NCBI RefSeq assembly: GCF_006345805.1
Contig: NC_043013.1
Coordinates: 16,182,001-16,246,000 of the forward strand
DNA length: 64,000 nt
Origin: Octopus sinensis
Lineage: Eukaryota
Reading direction: 5' to 3'
The position numbers and the translations under genes were made by a program. Each line of letters starts with the position of its first letter. Position 1 is the first letter of the stretch. Shown piece by piece: positions 54,148-64,000 of the stretch. A model generated the notes under the pieces. The model did no database searches. It saw only the letters and a list, made by a program, of their open reading frames with translations, and was not told the origin of the DNA.

Positions 54148-55149
54148 ATAAGCTAAGAACATTTCTTCTTTTTTCTCTCTCATTTTTCCATTCCAGGTTT
54201 CCATTGCAAATTTTTTTTTTATGCATGCATTATCCTGTACATCGTCAGCAACCACTTTTATTAAAGGAGCACTTGTGAATGTATCTTACTGTAGAAGGGA
54301 GTGAAGGAAGGGGAGGAGAGAAGATGTGTGAAGGAGGAGGTAAGGAGGAGAAAGATGAGGTGGGGGAGTAGAGAGAAAGTGAAAGATAGGAGCAGGAGAT
54401 ATAGATAGATTAATAGTACTACTGTTTATTTTTTTCAAAAGAGTATTATTACCAAAGTCTGAGTAAATCCATATTAATCTGATCAGCAGAGATAATCTTG
54501 TTACTGTTATTGTTGCTGAAGTTATATTTATTTCAACTTTGCTGCACAAATTACAACAGATTAGCAAAAAATAAAAAGTGTTCTAAATATGAGTCTGGTG
54601 TCAATCATGAACTTAAGAAACTCTTATAGACACACACATACACACAAACATACACATTCACTGACGCATACTTACATATGCTATTATGCACATAATTCTT
54701 AAATTCTAATATTATTTAATAACCATTAACTCAATCCCTGATATAATTGTTCAATTAATTATTTATTAATTTTTAATTCTAAAGAGTTCTTGATTCAATA
54801 ATTATTAACTTAAGAACATATCTATTGACAACATAACTTGAAAAATCTATACATTCACCCACAAAATCTAAGAACTGGAGTACACTTCCTTCTCACTTTA
54901 TAAATTAAATTTATTTCCTCAAGATTCCAGTTACTGTTCAGTTTGTGTCTTCCATCTATCATTCAGACTACAAGCCCTATGCAATTAAATGAAGAATTGG
55001 AGAGAAAAGCTGGCCATATACTAATGGAATAAAACGGTTCTCTTTGTGCACTGCAACTTACAAAGGCTTCTAAAGACCTGAAGAGATGACTGAACTCAAA
55101 CATTTTGGTGCTGAAGGTATGCATGTATATATATATATATATATGACCG

Positions 55150-55332
55150 CGTGTGTACCGATGGTGATTTTTTTTCCTCCATCTTCCCTTCTTTCCTTTT
55201 CCTATGTTTCTGACAAAGAGCTCCGCTCGAAACGTTAAACCTTCCTTCTTTCCTGAGTGCCCAATAATACTATACTTGTTCCATGTCCTCGCATAGTTGT
55301 TTTCTCTTTGTGTTTTCATGTTTGGATTAACA
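55150..55332 (+). mobile_element. Penelope-like terminal remnant (second subfamily) with hammerhead-like motif
   Basis: 55206-55240 GTTT-CTGACAA-AGAG-CTCCG-CTC-GAAAC-GTT-AAAC; flanked by (TA)n. Confidence 0.6.
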
Positions 55333-55726
55333 ATATATATATATATATATATATACAGAGATAGAGATAGAGAGAGAGAGAGAGAGAGAGAAAAGACAAA
55401 CACATTGAACTGGAAAACAAACAAAGGCTGTTCATTTGCATGGTCATGGTTAGTTGCAAAAGAGAGACTGTAACACGTTGGGTGTCAGACATAGTTTTTG
55501 CAAGTTGGATTGAAGCATAAGCTTAATCTCTTGGGTCTGCTAGATACAATTATACCTAAAAGCTCCAATTCATAATGTAGGCCATAGTAAATGGAATAAA
55601 GGGGCCAACATATAACAACTTCACCAATGATAGAGGAAGGGAAGAATATGTAATTGTCCACATACAGACCTATTAAGAGTCCTTAGAGTAAGAATGAAGA
55701 CAGAAATTATCCAAACAATTACTTAC

Positions 55727-55770
55727 AGTTTTGAGATCAACACTTTGATAAAAAGCTTCCATTGTCTCAG
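55727..55770 (-). CDS. Candidate orphan coding exon (44 nt)
   Basis: Strong acceptor ttttgcAG and donor GTaagt. Open phase-1 frame xETMEAFYQSVDLKT in sequence I do not recognise as a repeat. Confidence 0.45.
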
Positions 55771-57173
55771 CTGCAAAACCTTTTAGTATTTTTTATATCG
55801 CTAGAATCAAGGCAAACAAACATGCATAATTTGAGAGAAAAAGAACTACTTTGTTTGGCGTGTATAGATAAAGGGAAGGGGAATAGATCACATCTTTTAG
55901 TATTTGGATTCATTAGCTTCCTTTTCACTAGTTGACATAATAAAATGATAACTAAATTTCCTAATGTGCACTGATTTCTCTTAATTAGAACAGATGTTAA
56001 TTATGACTAGTCAAGCACCAACTCTGAATGCAAGCTAGTGATATATATTTTACATAATAATTTAAATTTATTTCAGTTTTTGGATTTGGTTTGCAAGATT
56101 CTTTATGTGAGTTCATGTGTTGAAGCAAATTCTGGTGAGTATGTTAAATTATAAGGTACCAAAAGAAAATGACTCTCCCCAGACACAACAAAATTCAAAT
56201 TTAAAAATAACAAAATGGATTTCTTTATAAAACTGAGCCAGGAGCCAGACTAAACATTGGTGTGAGCCCTATGTTTGACACCTTAATTTACCATATGGTG
56301 TACCACATGCCAGGTGTTGAAGTGATCACAGAGAAGCATAAGATGAAGTGTTTTGTTCAAGAACCACCCCACTCCCCACTCTAAGAATTGAAACCATGTC
56401 TTGTAATCATGACTGCAACAACCTTACTGCTAGGCCATGCATCATCACAAAATTCCAATAATAATAATAGCAATAAAAATAATAAGAATAACAAAAAACT
56501 ACATGTTCATAACAGCTTCCTTTATTTCAGAAATCTTTTTTTTTAATATGAATATATCACGGAGTTTTCTTTTTTGCATTTTTATTCATTTTAATAGGGA
56601 CCATTTTAGAAAGTCTTCAAAAATATATAAACTTTATATTTTAATTTTCTGTTTTCCAAAGTTTTCTACCCAAACAGATAATATGACAAAAATATAAATC
56701 ACAAATTCTATAGAATATCACTTCACTTTCAGACTCATTCAGCCGTTCCAGAGGAGAGACAACCAAATTTATAGAACAAGAGGATCATTAAGAAGTTAAC
56801 TAGAAATATTTGTGGTGGATAACAATAATAATCCTTTCTGCAACAGGCATGAAATTTGAGGGGAGGGGGACTAATCAATAGCATTAACCTCAATGCTCGA
56901 CTGGTACTTTATCATATTAATTCCAAGATGATGAAAGGTGAAGTTGACCTTAACAGGATTTGAATTCAAATTAAAAGCCAGAACAAACACTGCCAAGTAT
57001 TTTTTATGATGCTTTAACAATTCTGTCAGCTTGTTACCTTAGTAATACTTGTCTGAAATTTAGGGACAAGGCCACTTTTGTTGCAAATTTGGCAAAATAA
57101 AAAAAAGAATTTAAAGTTGATGTTTAGAACAAGGATATGAAATTTTAATGGACGGTATAAATTTAGAACACTT

Positions 57174-57396
57174 TAACCTTCAAGCATTCAGATTACTCTA
57201 TCAAATATAATAATGTTCTTTTATTCATATTGTTTTGCATTAATCCTGCTTTATATTGTAACCAAGATTTTGATGTGACTTTACTTTTAGTGTGACATTG
57301 TAGGGTAGATGTAAGAGGCCATATCTGGTGTTTAAACATAAAACAGGTAGAATATTTGGGTCTGATATAGCCAGTTTGATAACTAATGGGTTAAAC
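57174..57396. mobile_element. piggyBac-like MITE
   Basis: TTAACCTTCAAGCATT ... AACTAATGGGTTAA, with TTAA at both ends. Confidence 0.55.
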
Positions 57397-57605
57397 AGGA
57401 AGTTTGTAAAAAAAAAAAAAAGGAATTAGTGGCAGTCGCAGGCTGGTTGATATCAAAAGGGGTTAAACATAAGTATACTAATTTACTTATCTGTCTCTCT
57501 GCTGTCTCACCACGTACTTATTTCAAGGTAGCATTTCAATTGTATCCAAAATACACTAACATTAACCTATCTGTATATCTCTATGTTTGTCTCACAACAT
57601 CTTTA

Positions 57606-58030
57606 GGATCTTTTCGGTTTGAACAGCAGTTTTTAACATAATTTCTAGGTAACTAAAAAAATTTTAAACTTCGTATACTGGTAGAATGTGTTTATAAAAC
57701 ATCTTTTTCTCTTGGCTTTATTGAGAACATTCTATAGTTTGTAAGATATTTGTTGTTTTTTTTTCTTCAATTTCTGCAATTTCAACCAATCAATGACCTC
57801 TATTGAGGTAAAAAAAACATTCTGTGCCATATGAATATGTCCCTCGTTTAAGAAACAGATTGGATTTATTTACATTTGTGAAGTAAAAAAGATACCCTTC
57901 CCCCCATCCCTAACCAACCCTAACCCTAAAACAGATTGAAATGCAATAGATCGATACTAGGGTCATAATTATGGGTGACAATTTCATATGACACCGCTAG
58001 AAAAAACTGCCGTTCAAACCGAAAAGATCC
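57606..58030. mobile_element. MITE with GGATCTTTTCGGTTTGAAC TIRs (Merlin-like), copy 2
   Basis: TIRs plus a perfect 8-bp TSD CATCTTTA (57598-57605 and 58031-58038). Confidence 0.9.
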
Positions 58031-59445
58031 CATCTTTATATCTCTAGTTAACTCTTCGATGTTTCCATACTTTAAATATCTTCACATCAATTAACCTAAT
58101 TGTCTGTCAATATAAAATTAGCTGAACAATGAAAATGATAAAATTTCTGAATATCCGAGATGAATTGTTAAGATTATAATTGTTTTTTTTTTTACAATCA
58201 TTAACCTCAATGGTTAAGTAGCAAACAGCTGCATTATTACCCTTAACTTAAAAAATAAAGGATCCGGGTTCAAATTCTGGCTGGTACTTTACGTGAAAAA
58301 AAAAAAAAAAAAGAATGACCATCACTCAGAAATGTAGGTGACTTGATAATATCTACCTTGCTTTCATTAACTGTTTTAGGTGCCTAAGTAGTAACAAGCA
58401 GACAAACATCCTATGTGCCCCACCCCTCCACCACCACTATTGATCTACTAGAGCACAAAAGATGTAAAAGATGGAGTGACAGGAGACTGCATCAGCAGTT
58501 GGCTGGATTCATTTTCAGCTGAATAGACTCGAATAACATGAAATGAAGTGCTTTACTCAAAGACACACGGCTCCACCCTGTCCAGCAATTAAACCCATGA
58601 CATTATGAACAGGCGTCTAACATCCTAATTATTATACATCCAGAAGTAAGGCACTTTATAACGATTAGAGAGAAATTCAATCGAAATGGGTCTTTCAAAT
58701 GTTTTACTATTAATTTCCTCTTAAGAGGAAATTAATAGAAAAACATTTAAAAAATTAATAGTAAAACAAAAGTGGTAAAAAAAAATACAATTCGATGCAT
58801 CATAATTGTTTACAAGTAATTTACAAAGACAGACAACTGATATTATTAAAGTTAATTAGTCTTAATTAGTCTACACACACATAGGAATTGCTTACAAGAA
58901 TACCAACACTTGACACAAGCATTTAATATTGACAGTAAAAGTTTTTATCAAAAAATGTTATTCTTATTCTAGCAAGAGTAACGAGATAATTTCCCTGCCG
59001 TACCCCAAGACTGTTTATTACTGACTGAATCTTAATAAAAAGAATTTTAAAGAGCAAGGGTGTATTTTCTGGGTGTGATAGATGAGTGCCACACACCCAT
59101 CAAAAATGGAAAATCTTTATAATAATTTGCTGTTTGCACAATCATAATATATGGTCATAATTTGGTTTCCAGTCTAAGAATGCACACTCAGAATCCAAGA
59201 TTAAGTCACATTAAACTTATATTGTGTCTAGGAATATTTCAGAGTTTTTATGTTTAATATAGTAATGTCAGATTAGCAGATTCCTTCTGGTGACCATAGC
59301 CACTAGTAAAAATAGTAACACATTCACCAATCAGTTCCTTGTTATAGGAATATTTTTAGAGTTACATCAATTCTTAAAGACTCAAAAATATGGCAGGATT
59401 ATTATTCTTGGAATACAAAATCAGAATTCATATGATTTGGTAATC

Positions 59446-59451
59446 TTTATT
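59446..59451 (-). terminator. Candidate polyadenylation signal (AATAAA) for SHMT
   Basis: AATAAA on the minus strand about 830 nt downstream of the stop codon. Usage not demonstrated. Confidence 0.25.
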
Positions 59452-59569
59452 TTCAGAAGTCGAATGTTTGATTCCATAATCTGAGATAAATTAAGTCATA
59501 GAGAAGTTGTTATCTGATTTCTGACTCGAGTTAGAAGTTGGTATAAATTTCTGGTAGATAGAGAAATAG

Positions 59570-60110
59570 GAAGAGCATAATTAAGTAGACAGGTAGACAC
59601 ACAAAACAGTGTGTAGGTAAGAAGTAGGTAGATAAGCAAATTGACAGGTAGGTAAGCAAGCAGGTATGTAGATAGGTAAGTAACTAAACAGATAGAGAGA
59701 TACTTAATTAGGCAGGTTGATAAGCAAGTAGTGAGGAAGGATGGTAGACAAATATATGCAAGTAGATAGGTAAAACAGTATGCAGGTGTGCTGATAGGTA
59801 GAGTGATATACAGGTAGGTAAGAAGATACAGACAGACAAATAGAAAGGAAAGTTTGGTAGGTAGGAAGAAGTGTAAGCAGGTAAGAAGACTATGCAGGTA
59901 AGGCAGGCACGGAGGCAAGTAAAAAGACAGGTATGTATGTAGGCAAGCAAATACATAGGTAGGTAAGCAGGCAGGTACATAGATAAGTAAATAGTGAGGC
60001 AGATAGCAAGATAGATATGTAGAAGATAGGTAGGTAGGCAAGCAAGCAGAGATACAGTAAGGTGGACAGGTAAACAGGTAGGCAAAACAGGTAGGCAAAA
60101 CAGGTAAAGT
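59570..60110 (+). repeat. Degenerate (AGGT/AGGC/AGAT) tetranucleotide satellite downstream of the SHMT stop codon
   Basis: Direct inspection. Confidence 0.8.
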
Positions 60111-60275
60111 ACATGAATTAATAGTGTCAGATAATGGAATACTGTAAACATTTTATCCATGCAATGTAGCACCTCTGTAAGAACCAAGTTGGTTAACCAG
60201 TGAAACTCTTCCAAATAGCTACACTCAATTATTTTCGCTTTGATGATAAATTCTTCCTCCAAGAATTGCAATATA

Positions 60276-60400
60276 CTATAAATCTCTCCCAGGCATTGGG
60301 AAAGATCCTGAAAATCGTTTCACTTCAGATTCAAGATGTTCAATTTTCTTTTTAATGTCTTCATTTTCCAGTAAAAATGCCCGGTACTCCTTCAGGTTTT
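60276..60400 (-). CDS. SHMT2: Serine hydroxymethyltransferase, terminal coding exon
   Basis: Translates (K)NLKEYRAFLLENEDIKKKIEHLESEVKRFSGSFPMPGRDL-stop (TAG at 60276-60278), a typical SHMT C-terminus ending F.FPMPG. Acceptor ttgtttcAG. Confidence 0.95.
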
Positions 60401-60689
60401 CTGAAACAAGAATAAATAAAATTAATAAATAAAGCTTTCTCTCAATGCCTCTTTTACCTATACACATACACCTACATTATATATACATTCATAAAATATG
60501 GACCAACTAACAATATGGATACACACGACATACACACAATATACATGCATAAAATATAACAAATGTACTGTTTCTCTTAATTTCCAAACCCAAATGTACC
60601 TCAGTCAAAAACATACACACACACACATATCCACTCACACAAAATATGGACCAACTTCAAAATATGATTACATATACAATTCATGGCTC

Positions 60690-61130
60690 GCAGGATGGCC
60701 TGCTGTGCTAACCTTGGATCGTAGAGTGACCCTGTTGTTCTTGAGGAGACCTATTGAGTCAAGTACATCAACATCAAGATAAAAATTCAAATGGAAATTG
60801 TAGTTAAGACACCTGTGCCTGTGACATGTAAAAAGCACCATCTGAACGTGGCAGATGCCAGCGCCGCCTGACTGGCGTCCGTGTCGATGACACATAAAAG
60901 CACTAACCGATCATGGCCGTTTGCCAGCCTGCCCTGGCCCCTGTGCCGGTGGCACGTAAAAAACACCCACTACACTCATGGAGTGGTTGGCATTAGAAAG
61001 GGCATCAAGCTGTAGAAACACTGCTAAATCAGACTAGAGCCTGGTGTAGCCTCTATGGCTTCCAGACCCCAGTCAAACCGTCCAACCCATGCTAGCATGG
61101 AAAACGGACGTTAAATGATGATGATGATGA
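60690..61130 (+). mobile_element. Family E element in the last SHMT intron (antisense to the gene)
   Basis: GGCATTAGAAAGGGCATCAAGCTGTAGAAAC..CATGCTAGCATGGAAAACGGACGTTAAA(TGA)n. Confidence 0.8.
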
Positions 61131-61321
61131 TACACTCGCACATACCTATAAGTGACTTTCTGGTCTTCTTAACATCCAAACCAAACTGTATCACACATAG
61201 CAACACATTATAAATTTTCATACAATATAGGCCAACTCACCGACCCACTTCTTAATGTCCAGTCTCAAATACACACACATATCTATACGCTATGCACAAA
61301 CATAAAACATGGCCAACTCAC

Positions 61322-61429
61322 TGGTCTTCTTCTTTACTTCTTGCCCCAGCTGTATGGCCTGGTCAAAGAAATCAACGACCAACTCAAAATCTTCTTCTTT
61401 AAATCCTCTTGATGTTAATGCTGGTGTTC
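61322..61429 (-). CDS. SHMT2: Serine hydroxymethyltransferase, penultimate coding exon (108 nt, phase 1-1)
   Basis: Translates (G)[35 protein letters not shown], matching the [13 protein letters not shown] motif. Acceptor ttcttcAG, donor GTgagt. In frame with both neighbouring exons. Confidence 0.95.
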
Positions 61430-62153
61430 CTGAAGAAATATTACAAAATCAAAAAGTAGTCTTCTATTGTGAGTCCGTATACATTTTGGGTAGCTTATAA
61501 GAATATCAAATGAACCCCAGTACATTATTTTATCGAGGATTAAAATGTAATATCTTGATAGAATTTGAACCCAGAACATAATGCGCCAAAACTAAATCCT
61601 TGATTGTTACTTTAGTTTAACGACCTCAAAATAATGAAAAGTCAAAGTCAACATTATTGAACTTTGAACTCAAAATGTTGTCAGTTATTCATTTATAAAC
61701 CTGTTCTTTTATGAGATGGGGACAGATCGAATCAACAAATATTTGATCATTATAATTTAGAAATTAACAAGATTTTGATATTAGATAATTATGATCATTA
61801 ATTTGAGACAGAAAAAGATCAATGGATTTGATGGAAATTTAACCCAGTCAATCACTTACCAGGCAATAATAGTACCAACTACACGGTGTTTGCTATTCCA
61901 TCTCAAATTAGATGCTAGAAATTGTTTCTATTAATAAACAGCGCTATTATATTTTCATAAGATTATTTGTCAGTCACTTAGCACCATCAGGATAGGTTAA
62001 TCTATTAATGCTGAAAGTAGTGAGGTGACACACCAATATTTCATGTTATTTCCCCATCTCAAATACTGAACCAATGTAAAGACAATTCTCAACAGTGACC
62101 CAGTTACATCACATATAGAAACCACACAAATATAGATTTTGAGGCTCCTATAA

Positions 62154-62357
62154 CCCTTTTGTTACCAAACCGGCTCTGGCTCTGAGTACAAATGTCTTGT
62201 TTTCATAAGTTTTGAATTAAAATCTTCCACCAAACCTTAATCACAATTTATGTTCCTAACACTAGCTGAACTAAGTTATTTTACTAAATTCTTTGTTATA
62301 TTTAAAGTAATTGAAAAAAATGCAGAGCATCTCTAAATAAATTCAGTAACGAAAGGG
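62154..62357. mobile_element. piggyBac-like MITE in a SHMT intron
   Basis: TIR CCCTTTTGTTAC / GTAACGAAAGGG; ATAA on both flanks. Confidence 0.7.
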
Positions 62358-63574
62358 ATAAAGACTAATACTGACAATTTCTGATGATCTCTCCTGACCT
62401 ACATACACATCAGCAAAACTGACGACCCTCAAAAAAACCTGTACTCCTTCTTCATAGCTAGAAAATACTTAAGTGGTAACTCACATTTAAGTACTGCTCA
62501 CGTGGTTGGAAACATACATAGATATCCTTGACCACATTGGAAGACCACTCACATTACTGTGATATTGCAACTACAGCTTCATACAACCATTGTAGATCAC
62601 ATCCAAGTAAGCCAAGTATTTAACTTCTATGTGATTGCTCAGCATGCTAGAAATAGCAGCCAAATCTCCTTTAAATTACATCAACTATATTAGTAAAGGT
62701 CATGTTGGATAATGTAGTCCAAGGTTCCCTAGCAGAAAAAAATGGGATTGTCATGGTTAGAATGCCTTTGATCAAAAGTTGGCTCAATCAAGAATGACCT
62801 CGGGCTAAACAGCCACAACCAAAAAGCAATTCAGCTGATTGGTAAATAAACCTTCCTCTTCATCACCAATGAACTAGAATCTCTCTGGATCACAGACTTT
62901 CTGCTTCAGCTCTTTGTCCTTTCTACCACTACTACAACTACTATTTCTCACCAGCATATTTCTTCTTTCCTCACATAGACACACTCCTCTCCCTTTCTCT
63001 TGTCCTCCTAACTACATCTCAAAACCTCATATTCTGCATTAAACCCATTTTCTTCCCTGGCACTAGAAACCCTCTGAAATTCCTTCTCCTGCCAACATTG
63101 ACTCTGGCAATGTTCAGACATCATCAACCACATCAATCTCACAAGTCCAAGATTGAGGCCCACAAAAACTGAAGGTACGAGAGCTCATTCTTCTGAATGA
63201 CCAACTCATAAAAACAGACATAGACTTAGGTTTGTCATGAACCCAAGGACTCAGTTGGTTGGAAGTCGATCCAGTTTACATAGCAAATAACTAAGATTAC
63301 AACACTTCCCTCTGAATGGGATGTCAATCAGTTGCAGGGTTAAATTCCAGTTTTTGGAATTACTGAGTGAACTGAATCAACATGAAATTAAATGTTTTGT
63401 GTAGAGTAAACAATGCACTGCCCAGTCAAGGAATTGAAACCATGACCTTCTGGATAATGAGTGCAACACCCTAACCACTAGGCCATATGACTTTACCATA
63501 AAAGCATTAAAAAAAAAAAAAAAGATACATAGGAGAGGTTGGGATTGTAGTGTGCAAATCAAAGAGAACTTTAC

Positions 63575-63730
63575 CTAATCTAATTCCTCCTGGTACCATA
63601 GCACTCTTGTCTCCTGGGCAGGTATTTTTGTTGGTTGTAATACCACTCAGTTCTAGGATCCTCTCAGATCTGGCGCCATCAATTCCTTTAGATTTCATAT
63701 CCACCAAAACTAAATGGTTATCAGTACCAT
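63575..63730 (-). CDS. SHMT2: Serine hydroxymethyltransferase, internal coding exon (156 nt, phase 1-1)
   Basis: Translates (D)[51 protein letters not shown](G), a conserved SHMT segment ([21 protein letters not shown]). Acceptor ttttacAG, donor GTaaag. SHMT2 over SHMT1 rests on the FPMPG C-terminus and recalled exon sizes, so paralog assignment is less certain than family. Confidence 0.95.
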
Positions 63731-64000
63731 CTGTAAAAGTAGGGATTAAATATGATTAGATATTGTAATTGTCAATTAGAGACAGACAAGAATAAGTCTT
63801 ATGGCTAGATTTGAACCATGTATGAGTCACTTACCAGTCAACCTCAATACCAATTACTGTAAATCCTTGAGTAATATCCGCATTTTTTCCCCAAAATTTA
63901 AAGGTCAAAATTCCTAGTGAGTACTATACACGAGGTTAAAAATGAAAAATATTTTCTAAGCAATGTCCGAGTCTCTATTTGCTGAACTGCAATGTTTATT

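Noticed and set aside
55062-55077. Possible 16-nt minus-strand microexon (VFRSL)
   Set aside because: Good splice motifs, but including it breaks the phase between the two candidate exons.
58357-58383. Possible 27-nt minus-strand microexon (APKTVNESK)
   Set aside because: Weak donor (GTAGAT), and not phase-compatible with the 55770 acceptor.
59496-60271. 187-200 aa ORFs downstream of the SHMT stop codon
   Set aside because: Derived from the degenerate tetranucleotide satellite.

Overview
AT-rich, repeat-dense eukaryotic DNA. The SINE families, Tx1/RTE/CR1 LINEs and heavy microsatellite load look like an octopus or other coleoid cephalopod genome (inferred from pattern recognition, not a database search). 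The only securely identified host gene is the 3' end of a serine hydroxymethyltransferase (SHMT2-like) on the minus strand: three exons at 63575-63730, 61322-61429 and 60276-60400 with canonical, phase-consistent splice sites. The rest is mostly mobile DNA: several tRNA-derived SINE families, Tx1, RTE and CR1 LINE fragments, DD37D (maT) and mariner transposon remnants, a solo LTR, non-autonomous Helitrons, and MITEs with recognisable TIRs and TSDs. Most ORFs in the supplied track are microsatellite artefacts. The most interesting observations: (1) an 81-bp-arm palindrome carrying a minimal type I hammerhead-ribozyme motif on each strand, plus four more hammerhead-like motifs with covarying stem I in short Penelope-like remnants; (2) Tx1 LINE 3' ends that all abut (TCTA)n/(GATA)n tracts, suggesting microsatellite-targeted insertion; (3) two orphan minus-strand exon candidates that are phase-compatible with an alternative SHMT C-terminus or a 36-aa small ORF. 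No prokaryotic features or CRISPR arrays were found.
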